A DNA stretch of 48,864 bases from Candidatus Omnitrophota bacterium (GCA_016206825.1 JACQQY010000001.1:1-48864), one strand, 5' to 3'; numbered from the stretch's first letter, positions 37,401-44,623 are shown. Notes: generated by a model from the sequence alone, not told the origin. Made by a program: numbers and translations.

Positions 37401-37941
37401 GGCCTCTACCGGGACGCTTGCCCAAAAGAGGGATGGGGAGGAGGTGGTGATGGGAGGTCTTGCCGGCAAGCTCAAATTCACCCAAACGAAGAAAACGGGC
37501 GAGAAGATGGCGATCGTCACGCTCGAAGATCTCGAGGGAACCGTGGAAGCGCTGGTTTTTCCCAAGACGTTTAAGGAATGCGGTCAGCATTTGGTGAAGG
37601 ACGCCGTTTTATTCTTGAAGGGCAAATTGGATAAAAGGGAAGAGGACCCGAAGCTCATCGTCAATGACGCGGTGCCTTTGACGGAAGCCCATAAGAAATT
37701 CGCCCGCAGTCTTCGCATTCATCTGGAGGGGGATGGGTTGGGCGAGGAAAGATTGAAAACCCTCCAGGAGGTTTTATTGCGATATCCCGGAAGCACGCCG
37801 GTTTATCTTCATTTTATCCAAAAGGACCGTCCCTCCTCGGCCATTTTGGTCGATCGGAGCCTCTTTGTCAGCCCCGGCGACGGTTTGATTCAAGCCCTCC
37901 AAAAGGTCGTCGGCCCGGAGGCCGTGGGTTTCGGGGTTTGA
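34492..37941 (+). CDS. dnaE: DNA polymerase III alpha subunit
   Basis: 1149 aa with a PHP domain start FVHLHVHSQYSLLDA, a polymerase core and an OB fold. Confidence 0.95.
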   Translation: MTADFVHLHVHSQYSLLDAVCPIEALAERAKELNMRALAVTDNGNLFGAIEFYNACLKAGVKPILGAEVYLAPESRFERSTHGLQGASYPFVLLCQDEAGYRNLIELVTIGYLEGFYYRPRIDKEVLRKYSKGLIALSGSVRGEIPHLLNIGQAERAHAALSEYLAIFGKDRFYLEITASGLKEQERVNAEIVKLAGERNVPLAATNDVHYLKKEFAKAHEILLCLQTQTTLDDPHRIQLQTDEFYFKTAEEMKEKFKDSPEALSNTLKIAESCNLKLDFSKTHVPEFVLPEGKTQEAYLRELTREGLRKRYPGGNHETIQKRAEHELQVIQKSGYTSYFLVVWDFVRFAKEKNIPVGPGRGSAAGSVVSYALGITDIDPLRYDLLFERFLNPDRVSMPDIDIDFCYERRDEVIQYVTEKYSKENVAQIITFGTMMAKAVIRDVGRVMGMPYAEVDKIAKLVPMELDITIEEALEKEEELKSLYQNNPQVKQLIDTSKVLEGLTRHASTHAAGVVISRRPLKEHVPLFKSADGQISTMYSMESLEKIGLLKMDFLGLRTLTVIDDTLKIIKRIRKEDVDLSRISLDDSKTFDLLCRAQSMGVFQLESGGMRDILKKLKPDKFEDLIAILALYRPGPIGSGMVDEFIKRKHGQIPIVYDHALLEPVLKDTYGIIVFQEQIMKIANVLAGFSLAKADSLRRAISKKKEEVMQEARVDFVEGAVRNKMDRRIAEKVFNLIAHFAGYGFNKSHSAAYAMISYQTATLKANYPVEFMTALLTSEKDNQDKVVVYIDETKRMGIRVLPPDVNESFPQFTVVGDRTIRFGLAAVKNVGQTAIDAIIQGRIKRGGGFKTFYDFTENVDLRVVNRKVLESLIKCGAFDSMGLFRSQLFAILDDALSVASDLQKDRAKGQFSFFDSPESGGVFKKNFREVPSIPEWPDNEKLAFEKEMLGFYVTGHPLDRYQKELKSYSTASTGTLAQKRDGEEVVMGGLAGKLKFTQTKKTGEKMAIVTLEDLEGTVEALVFPKTFKECGQHLVKDAVLFLKGKLDKREEDPKLIVNDAVPLTEAHKKFARSLRIHLEGDGLGEERLKTLQEVLLRYPGSTPVYLHFIQKDRPSSAILVDRSLFVSPGDGLIQALQKVVGPEAVGFGV

Positions 37942-38032
37942 GACCAAGAGGCTCCGGCGTTCTGCCAATCCCGCCGAATATAAGCTTTATCGAGCCGCCC
38001 TTGAATGGAGGGGCTAAACTATCGCATTTTTC

Positions 38033-38077
38033 TTGACTTCATATTTCAGTTATGATACACTTCTGTCATAATTATGA
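38033..38077 (+). promoter_or_regulatory. Putative abiE promoter and palindromic operator
   Basis: TTGACT (38033-38038), 17 nt, TACACT (38056-38061). A perfect 12-nt palindrome TCATAATTATGA (38066-38077) spans the abiEi ATG, with a half-site repeat TTATGA at 38051-38056. Confidence 0.3.
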
Positions 38078-38703
38078 AAAGCAAACAAAACCTACTAGAC
38101 CAGTTAAAAGGCATGCCCCATTTCAGCAAAGACAGTTTGTATCAGCTCGGCAAGCAACTGGGGCTTGCAGATGCCACGGTTAACACCTATGTAAGCCGCT
38201 TTTTGAGGCATAAGGAAATTATTCAACTGAAAAGGGGGCTGTATGTCGCAACCGACTTTTTCAGTAAAAATAGGAGCAACCTTTCCTATTCCTTTTATTT
38301 AGCCAACATTATTCGCACACCTTCCTATGTCAGCTCATGGTCGGCACTTCAATTTTACAACCTCACCACCGAAGCTATCCACGGCATAACGTGTGTCACG
38401 CCGAAAGTGACCAGAACCTACAGGACTAAGGCCGGTAATTTTTCGTATCAGTCCATCAAGCAGGATCTGTTTTCAGATTTTTCATTGATGCGGGGCAAAG
38501 GTCCCTCATTTGATTTTTTCATCGCCTCCCCGGCCAAAGCTTTGTTTGATTTACTCTACTTCAAAACTAGCCAGTTCCGCAGTGTTCGCATAAAAGACAC
38601 AAAGGCGCTCGTTGAAGAATTGCGGATCGATATTAACGAAATGGATAAAAAGGAGCGGTCCAGATTTTATGCATGGATCGAAAAGTATTTTCACGGTGAG
38701 TGA
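38074..38703 (+). CDS. abiEi: AbiEi-family antitoxin/transcriptional regulator (type IV TA)
   Basis: 209 aa. The N-terminal wHTH-like region (FSKDSLYQLGKQLGLADATVNTYVSRFLRHKEIIQLKRGLY) and the C-terminal PSYVSSWSALQFY... pattern are typical of AbiEi. It lies directly upstream of, and overlaps, an AbiEii gene. Confidence 0.8.
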   Translation: MKSKQNLLDQLKGMPHFSKDSLYQLGKQLGLADATVNTYVSRFLRHKEIIQLKRGLYVATDFFSKNRSNLSYSFYLANIIRTPSYVSSWSALQFYNLTTEAIHGITCVTPKVTRTYRTKAGNFSYQSIKQDLFSDFSLMRGKGPSFDFFIASPAKALFDLLYFKTSQFRSVRIKDTKALVEELRIDINEMDKKERSRFYAWIEKYFHGE

Positions 38704-39985
38704 TCAAATTCTTGCAGTTTTAAAAGGAAAGCTTGATGATCTTGCCTCGCAGGGCGGGGCGGACCCCGAAACACTCCGTAACGCCCTTAAAGAGGAGCTC
38801 CAGTTTTATGTCCTTAATTTTATTTATCATCATCCGGAATACAATCAGTGGGTCATGTATGGCGGCTCCGCGCTTCGCATCATTTATGGACTTGACCGCA
38901 TGTCGGTCGATTTAGATTTTGAGGTTTCGGGCGAAGTAACTAAAAAATTTCTGGATGAACTAAAAGAAGAAATCGAAGATCATTTTTCCCGCACCTATGG
39001 GGCCCATCCGGATTTCTTGACCGCCAAAATTGTTACGGAAAGAGGGCTGCTTCTTAAATTCAATGTCGGTGAAGCATTAAGCCTGGGCCATTCATCCAGT
39101 CAGGTGCATGTTAAAATTGATCTCAATTATTTCACTGCCACCAAGGGGGTGACGGAGCGCCGGCCGATCAATCGTGACCAGCTTTCCTTTGTGATTGTGA
39201 CTTATAAAATGTCGACGCTTATGGCCAGCAAAGTGGCCGCAATCTTCCTGCGCGGGACGCGCGGCGTGGGCAAAGCTCTTTATGAGGAAAAGGGCCGTGA
39301 TATTTATGACCTTCTGTGGTACATGAACAACAGGATCGTGCCTGATCTTGATTATCTTGTAGCTAAAAATGTGAAAGAGGCCAAAGACTTACGCACCCTT
39401 TTCGATAAACTTACGGTTAAGATGAATGCCGTCAGTGATGCAAACCTCAAGCAGGATCTTCTGCCGCTTTTTGTGAATCGCACTTACATTGAAAATTGGC
39501 TCAAAAACTGGAGGGACAGCTATTTGCGGCTTGTCGATGCGTACAAAATCTGCATGGTAACGACATTAGAAAGTGTGCGCATACACCAGCATTTTGATAC
39601 GGATAATTTTTCTTTTCTATTTACTTACAACACCGAAGAAGAAGGCAAAACTTGCCGGATACGATACGCGGTCAGCGAATACTGGCTGGAATGTCGGGAA
39701 GGGGATTTATCGATTAAGCCTGACCAAAAAATAACTAGTCTTATAAAAATGACACGTGATGGCGTAAGCACCCAATCGCTTCCTGAGAGCAAGCTCAGGC
39801 AGTACGCCACGCTTTTCTACCAAAAAACTGAAAATTATTTAAACAAAGTCAAGCGGAACCTGCTTGGCAGGAGCATCGATACAAAACTGATTAGAATGAC
39901 CGCCGATAACTTAAACCAGAAAGAGCAGATCGTGCTCAATAAATCAGCGCTCTTGTCTTGTGAACTAGATGATTTATTAAAATAA
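38669..39985 (+). CDS. abiEii: AbiEii/AbiGii-family nucleotidyltransferase toxin with ~140-aa C-terminal extension
   Basis: NTase motif YGGSALRIIYGLDRMSVDLDFEV, a later KIDLN acidic site, and GRDIYDLLWYM (the family-typical RDxYDL). At 438 aa from ATG 38669 (alternative GTG 38696) it is longer than my recollection of about 250-300 aa for the family. Confidence 0.8.
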   Translation: MHGSKSIFTVSDQILAVLKGKLDDLASQGGADPETLRNALKEELQFYVLNFIYHHPEYNQWVMYGGSALRIIYGLDRMSVDLDFEVSGEVTKKFLDELKEEIEDHFSRTYGAHPDFLTAKIVTERGLLLKFNVGEALSLGHSSSQVHVKIDLNYFTATKGVTERRPINRDQLSFVIVTYKMSTLMASKVAAIFLRGTRGVGKALYEEKGRDIYDLLWYMNNRIVPDLDYLVAKNVKEAKDLRTLFDKLTVKMNAVSDANLKQDLLPLFVNRTYIENWLKNWRDSYLRLVDAYKICMVTTLESVRIHQHFDTDNFSFLFTYNTEEEGKTCRIRYAVSEYWLECREGDLSIKPDQKITSLIKMTRDGVSTQSLPESKLRQYATLFYQKTENYLNKVKRNLLGRSIDTKLIRMTADNLNQKEQIVLNKSALLSCELDDLLK

Positions 39986-40040
39986 ACCGTTTGGCGGGGA
40001 CGAGAGGGGTCAATTCAAGCCGCTCTCCTCTTACCTGCCG

Positions 40041-40114
40041 GTTAGTCAATAAAAAATCTAGAAAATGTTTGAACGAATTTGCCTTCCTCGGTCGTCTTAT
40101 AAGGTAGGAGGAGG
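40041..40114 (+). promoter_or_regulatory. Conserved accessory-gene leader element, copy B
   Basis: GTTAGTC (40041-40047), TTGAAC (40069-40074), 18 nt, CGTC (40093-40096), TATAAG (40098-40103). A CTTCCT (40083-40088)/AGGAGG (40106-40111) stem encloses a 17-nt loop. The 3' arm is the SD of the protease gene. Confidence 0.5.
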
Positions 40115-40122
40115 TTTTGGCG

Positions 40123-41112
40123 ATGAGGAAGAGAAGCGCTTTCACGCTTTCAAGAGTGCATGCGGAAGCGGAGCAGTGGCACAGCGGGCGGGTCGACTTG
40201 TTGAGGAGAATAGAGAGGTATTTTCAGAAACGCATTTTGGTTTTTCAAACCTCTTTTTTCTTCGACAATGGTCTTATCACCGACGGGGATGCGGCGATGC
40301 TGGAGGAGGTCTTATTAAGCAGTAAGATCCGGGACAATCTTTTGCTTCTTATCAACTCTTCCGGAGGGTTTGGTTTGGCGGCGGAAAGGATCATTCGCGT
40401 TTGCCGGAAGTATTCCAAAAGCGGCTTTGAGGTTTTGGTGCCTCACATGGCCAAATCGGCCGCCACCCTTGTTTGTTTGGGTTCCAAAAAGGTGTGGCTG
40501 GGAGAGACCTCGGAGCTTGGGCCGGTGGACCCGCAATTGGCCGTTCAGAATCGGAGAATATCCGTTCACAACATTATCAAGAATTACGACAGGCTTTTAT
40601 CGAGAGCGGCTCTGGCGAAGGGCCGCATCGAACCTTATTTGCAGCAGCTTTCGGTGTACGATCCCCGCACGATCGAACAGCTTCGTCAGGAACTGAAGCT
40701 CTCCGAAGAAATGTCCATCCGCCTTTTGAGGACCGGCATGATGAAGGGGCAGGGCGAAAAAGCGATTCGGACGCTCATCCGGGTTTTTATTGATCCGGAA
40801 GAGACGCTTCAGCATGGCCGCCCCATTTACCATGAGCGGGCGAAGGATTGCGGTATCATCATCGGCACGCTGGGGTTGGACAATCCTATATGGAACGCCA
40901 TCTGGGAACTGCAACTGCGTTACGATCACGTCCTGAACCGCGCTTATGGCAAGCTTTTTGAAGCGGTGGGGAGCTCCTTTACCATGCCGGGTTATCGCTC
41001 CTCCGCGGGTGAACCGGTCCCTTGTTTGGAGGAAATGAAATGGGCAGAACAGAACCTGGGAGAGGGATCAAGGCTCTTGCCGGGCAACGGTCGAAAATGT
41101 TTGAGTTATTGA
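40123..41112 (+). CDS. SDH-family (serine dehydrogenase proteinase, ClpP/crotonase-fold, MEROPS clan SK) serine protease
   Basis: LLLLINSSGGFGLAAERIIRVCRKY...VLVPHMAKSAATLVCLGSKKVWLGETSELGPVDPQ closely follows the family pattern (TPGG..A...I; AMSAGTLIAL.ADEI.M...LGPIDPQ). ATG 40123 lies 8 nt after AGGAGGAGG. Confidence 0.7.
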   Translation: MRKRSAFTLSRVHAEAEQWHSGRVDLLRRIERYFQKRILVFQTSFFFDNGLITDGDAAMLEEVLLSSKIRDNLLLLINSSGGFGLAAERIIRVCRKYSKSGFEVLVPHMAKSAATLVCLGSKKVWLGETSELGPVDPQLAVQNRRISVHNIIKNYDRLLSRAALAKGRIEPYLQQLSVYDPRTIEQLRQELKLSEEMSIRLLRTGMMKGQGEKAIRTLIRVFIDPEETLQHGRPIYHERAKDCGIIIGTLGLDNPIWNAIWELQLRYDHVLNRAYGKLFEAVGSSFTMPGYRSSAGEPVPCLEEMKWAEQNLGEGSRLLPGNGRKCLSY

Positions 41113-41201
41113 AGCGGTTTCCGGTGAAAGGAGACGTTTCTCTTCTGCCTCCCAGAGGATGGGACGTCTGGGAACCGGAAAAAAGCTTTAGGAATGTTGA
41201 G

Positions 41202-41429
41202 TCATTCTCTTAGGAGATCGGACCCCTGCACTTCCAGGGCCTTTGCGATTTTGGATAAGGTGGGTAAGGAGGGAAGATCGGTTTGAGAGGTCATTTCCAG
41301 CCTCTGCCAGTATTTTAAGGTAATATCCGCTTTCTCGGCGGCCTGCTCTTGAGTGAGTTTCAACCCCGCCCGGTATTTCTTGATATTCTGCACTAAAACC
41401 TGCTTGATTTTCGTTTTGTTGTCTTTCAT
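41202..41429 (-). CDS. XRE-family helix-turn-helix transcriptional regulator
   Basis: 75 aa. NIKKYRAGLKLTQEQAAEKADITLKYWQRLE...LPTLSKIAKALEV is a canonical HTH_3/Cro-CI fold pattern. Confidence 0.8.
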   Translation of the reverse strand: MKDNKTKIKQVLVQNIKKYRAGLKLTQEQAAEKADITLKYWQRLEMTSQTDLPSLPTLSKIAKALEVQGSDLLRE

Positions 41430-41511
41430 CGAAACCGCCTTAACTTAAGATTGCTCCTATTATCCGTTATCGTACCCCAAAGTGAACACTCACAAAGAGG
41501 TATGTTTTTTA

Positions 41512-41540
41512 TTGACATACTTTAAAGGTATGGTTAAAAT
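41512..41540 (+). promoter_or_regulatory. Strong sigma70-type promoter of the small divergent ORF
   Basis: Consensus TTGACA (41512-41517), exactly 17 nt, then TAAAAT (41535-41540). Confidence 0.6.
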
Positions 41541-41562
41541 GACGACCGTTGGAGTTGGCCTC

Positions 41563-41787
41563 ATGTTTGACTATGAAATGCACATCACTCTGCACAATGG
41601 AACGTTGAAGAAGACAACCTATCGTCATCTTGTGGAGGTCTTGACGATTTGGGATGAGGGTTTGGGCTGTGAACTCTTTGCCATCCCCACGGTTTTTCAA
41701 GCCCATCATCTCGCCGGTCTTCTCAAGGACCACTTCCCTCACATCCAAATGGTGCAGATTTTTGATGGAGAGGGAAGGGAAGTTTAG
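41563..41787 (+). CDS. Small hypothetical protein (74 aa), divergent from the XRE gene
   Basis: ATG 41563 is the first start downstream of the predicted promoter, with GGAG 8 nt upstream. The ORF-track starts at 41482/41530/41539 lie before or inside the promoter. No recognisable domain. Confidence 0.4.
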   Translation: MFDYEMHITLHNGTLKKTTYRHLVEVLTIWDEGLGCELFAIPTVFQAHHLAGLLKDHFPHIQMVQIFDGEGREV

Positions 41788-41816
41788 GCAAGCCGATAAA
41801 TGGAAAAAGGAGACAA

Positions 41817-41888
41817 GTTAGTCGATAGAAAAATCTTGATTTTCTTTGAACGAAAATAGCCTCCTCCGTCGTCATATAAAGTAGGAGG
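41817..41888 (+). promoter_or_regulatory. Conserved accessory-gene leader element, copy C
   Basis: GTTAGTC (41817-41823), TTGAAC (41846-41851), 18 nt, CGTC (41870-41873), TATAAA (41875-41880). A GCCTCCT (41859-41865)/AGGAGGC (41883-41889) stem encloses a 17-nt loop. Confidence 0.5.
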
Positions 41889-41961
41889 CATGATGTGCCT
41901 GAGTGGACGAGCGTCTCACTCAGTTTAACCGAAACCTAAATAAAAAAGGAGAATTCGTCCC

Positions 41962-42783
41962 ATGAAAAAGAAGCATCTTCTTGTTTCTCTGATAGCCGTG
42001 ACCTTACTCTCAAACTCTTACCTTCATGCGGCCTCGGTGGGTTCGGGCAGAACGATTCCGCAGGGTCAATTGGCCGTTGGGGCTGAGTACAACCATATCT
42101 TTGACAAAGACATGGACCCCAAAACGAAAGGTCTGGATGGTTACGATTCCATGGAGATAGATGAGAGCAATCAGGTTTATGGCGTTATCTCCTACGGCCT
42201 TTTTCAAAATGACCGTCTCGCCGCGGACCTTTCGGTTAAATTGGGCGCAGGGGATCTGGTCACCCAAGGCGTCGACGGGACTTTCTTCAACAAGGAGAGA
42301 ATCGAATACGACATGGGTTTTCTGTGGGGCATCGGCGGGAAGGTCGGTATTCAGTTTGATAAAGGGTGGAGTCTTTCGCTTCACGCCGGCTACGATGCTT
42401 GGGAATCTGATTTGGACAGCATCACCTATAGCGGCGAGAAAGCGTTTAACGTTGAAGGGGCGAAGACCGCAAAAGTCAGCGAGTTTCAAGCCGCCATCCT
42501 CTTCAATTTTCACTTAGACATGAAAGAGTCGAACGGCATGGTCTTCGTTCCTTATGTGGGCCCCGTGTTCGACTGGATGCGCGTCAAGACAGGCAGGATC
42601 TCCTACGAGACGGCCAGTTTCACGAGCACGAACACCGCCACCGGCGCTAAAGACGCCAAAGACAACGTCGGAGTGGTTGTCGGCGCGGACGTCTTTTGTT
42701 TCAACGATGCTTTGAAGCTCAATGTGGAAGGCAGGTTCATCTCGGAAGAGGCCCTCTCCGTGTCATTGCGTTACCGGTTTTGA
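41962..42783 (+). CDS. Outer-membrane beta-barrel protein (signal peptide, C-terminal YRF)
   Basis: Signal peptide MKKKHLLVSLIAVTLLSNSYLHA|AS. Alternating amphipathic strands rich in G/Y/D. Terminal LSVSLRYRF OMP signature. AAGGAG SD. Confidence 0.65.
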   Translation: MKKKHLLVSLIAVTLLSNSYLHAASVGSGRTIPQGQLAVGAEYNHIFDKDMDPKTKGLDGYDSMEIDESNQVYGVISYGLFQNDRLAADLSVKLGAGDLVTQGVDGTFFNKERIEYDMGFLWGIGGKVGIQFDKGWSLSLHAGYDAWESDLDSITYSGEKAFNVEGAKTAKVSEFQAAILFNFHLDMKESNGMVFVPYVGPVFDWMRVKTGRISYETASFTSTNTATGAKDAKDNVGVVVGADVFCFNDALKLNVEGRFISEEALSVSLRYRF

Positions 42784-42809
42784 CCCAAAGAGGTTGTTTT
42801 CAAGAGGAC

Positions 42810-43325
42810 ATGGCGTTGGCAAGAAGCGATAAGGGTCAAAGGCGGCTTAAGGCATGGATTGCTTTTTGTGTCGTGGTGACGGGAGTCGCTGTGGCCATGT
42901 TGCTCCCTAGGCGTGGCTGGGGAAGCGTCTATTATCATTTTCTGATATGCGAGGTTTCGATTTCCGAAGCCAAGGCCGTGAAAATGATTTACGTATCGAA
43001 ATTAGCCGGTCGATCGGCATACGAGGAGTTAGGTGTTGAGAAAAAAATGCTTTTCAACGGTTTCAGGGTTCTCGAGGAGAATTGTTTCAAGGGTTCGGAG
43101 TTTTTTGATTTGTGGATCGATGTCACCTGTGAGGAGTGGTTCAAAGGCAAATTCCAAGACGCCCCTTCTTCTCAACCTTATATTCGGTTCAGGGATTTGC
43201 AAGGGAATGAGAGTCTTGTTTATTTTGCCGGTGAAGGCGAGGCGTTCCTTGGCAGCGCGATTGAAAAAGCGGAAGGCGTTCTAAGGACTGCCGGTATGGA
43301 GAATTACCGTGTGATTGGGTCGTGA
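42810..43325 (+). CDS. Hypothetical membrane-anchored protein
   Basis: One N-terminal TM helix (AWIAFCVVVTGVAVAMLL), with no recognisable domain. The start is uncertain because ATG 42810 has a poor SD. Confidence 0.4.
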   Translation: MALARSDKGQRRLKAWIAFCVVVTGVAVAMLLPRRGWGSVYYHFLICEVSISEAKAVKMIYVSKLAGRSAYEELGVEKKMLFNGFRVLEENCFKGSEFFDLWIDVTCEEWFKGKFQDAPSSQPYIRFRDLQGNESLVYFAGEGEAFLGSAIEKAEGVLRTAGMENYRVIGS

Positions 43326-43373
43326 AAAGTGGCGGCATGTTGTTGGTTTAAAAGGAAAGGAAGAGGTGTTTTT

Positions 43374-43868
43374 ATGACAAAGGTTAGTATGGGGATGGTG
43401 TTGGCAGGTTCATTCTTTTTTTCAAGTGTTCTCTCAGGCTGTTCGGTGGGGATGGCCCTGTCGGGTAAGGAACAAAAGGACGTATCGGTGCTGGCACCGG
43501 GCGCCCCTCGTGACACGGTGATCGCTCACTTGGGTCCTCCTCAGACGAGCGTCACCGGCCCGGATGGACTCTTGATTGACACATGGGATGTGGTGAAGGG
43601 AAATAACCCAAGCGCGGGCCGGGCCATTGTGCATGCGGGTATGGATTTTTTGACGTTGGGCCTTTGGGAAATCGCGGGAACGCCCATCGAACTGGCGGCA
43701 GGGCAAGAGGCGCACACGATTTACACCATTACTTACGATAAGGAAAATAAAATTAAGAACTTGTCCGCTTCGGATCGGGTGGTGGCAGGCTCGCCTCCTA
43801 CCAAGGAGGAAAAGGCGGCAAAGGGAACCCTGCCGACCCCTAAGAACAAAAGCAAAGGGGGTTTCTGA
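43374..43868 (+). CDS. Lipoprotein (possibly BamE/SmpA-OmlA-like fold)
   Basis: ATG 43374 with an AGGAAGAGG SD. Signal peptide with lipobox LSGC. The BamE-like assignment is only a resemblance (RDTVIAHLGPPQTSV). Confidence 0.6.
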   Translation: MTKVSMGMVLAGSFFFSSVLSGCSVGMALSGKEQKDVSVLAPGAPRDTVIAHLGPPQTSVTGPDGLLIDTWDVVKGNNPSAGRAIVHAGMDFLTLGLWEIAGTPIELAAGQEAHTIYTITYDKENKIKNLSASDRVVAGSPPTKEEKAAKGTLPTPKNKSKGGF

Positions 43869-44050
43869 TTTTTGAGCAAACTGTTGCATTGGAAGGGTTT
43901 TTTAGCAGACGGTTAAGAAAGGGGTAAGGACATGAACAATAAGAGTGTTGTTTTGATGTTTCTGACCATCCTTCCTGCCCCACGATCTTTTTTGCCCAAG
44001 AAGGTGTTAAAGTTGATGCATGTTCACTGTATAATTATGGTATAATTACT

Positions 44051-44335
44051 ATGCGATTCGAATGGGATGAAAGAAAAAACGTCGTTAACCAACGAAAGCA
44101 TGGGGTTTCGTTTGAAGAAGCGGCAAGTGTTTTCTATGATGAAAACGGCAGGTTTAAATCCGATCCGGATCATTCTGAAAACGAGGAAAGGTTTATCCTT
44201 TTGGGTGTCAGCTCAAAGCTAAGGTTCCTTGTGGTTTGTCATTGTTATGGGGAAAAAGATGAGGTGATAAGAATCATCTCGGCCAGAGAAGCGGCCAAGA
44301 GGGAAAGAGGAGAATACATGGAGTTTCTATCATGA
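44051..44335 (+). CDS. brnT: BrnT-family toxin (DUF497 ribonuclease)
   Basis: MRFEWDERKNVVNQRKHGVSFEEAASVF...RFILLG...VIRIISAREAAKRER is the classical BrnT pattern. Confidence 0.8.
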   Translation: MRFEWDERKNVVNQRKHGVSFEEAASVFYDENGRFKSDPDHSENEERFILLGVSSKLRFLVVCHCYGEKDEVIRIISAREAAKRERGEYMEFLS

Positions 44336-44544
44336 GAAAAGAATATGATTTCTTAGATTCGAAGAAGAATCCTTACGCGCGGCTTCTTAAAAGACAGATC
44401 ACCATTAGACTCGGCATAGAAGTCATCGCTTATTTCAAAGACCTCTCCCGCAGGGTAGGAATTCCTTATCAGAATCTCATCAATCTGTATTTAAAAGAAT
44501 GCGCAGACTCCAAGAAAAGACCGCAAGTTCATTGGGGTCATTGA
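44332..44544 (+). CDS. brnA: BrnA-type (CopG/RHH) antitoxin
   Basis: Four-nt overlap with brnT. KKNPYARLLKRQITIRLGIEVIAYFKDLSRRVGIPYQNLINLYLKEC is an RHH-type C-terminus typical of BrnA. Confidence 0.7.
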   Translation: MRKEYDFLDSKKNPYARLLKRQITIRLGIEVIAYFKDLSRRVGIPYQNLINLYLKECADSKKRPQVHWGH

Positions 44545-44623
44545 TCGGCAGATAGTGCCGATAGACTGCATCCGAAGAACGTGTTTCTTGACAGCCCTTC
44601 CCGCAATCCTTTCCCGCCCTTCG

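Noticed and set aside
39986-40047. Imperfect palindrome AACCG...CGGTT ending in GTTAGTC after abiEii, considered as an integron attC site, with the three leader copies as cassette junctions.
   Set aside because: GTTAGTC deviates from the GTTRRRY core. Copy C has no matching AAC-side palindrome and copy A lacks GTTAGTC altogether. No integrase is present, and flanking genes are not arranged as a uniform promoterless cassette array.
41119-41180. Hairpin TTCCGGT...ACCGGAA between the convergent protease and XRE genes, considered as an intrinsic terminator.
   Set aside because: No U-tract follows it on either strand in the correct orientation (the A-run lies on the wrong side). It is kept only as a note under the protease/XRE finding.
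43932-44048. Short ORF (MNNKSVVLMFLTILPAPRSF...) between the lipoprotein gene and brnT.
   Set aside because: It is 38 codons with no SD and runs through the brnTA promoter repeats. Nothing supports coding.
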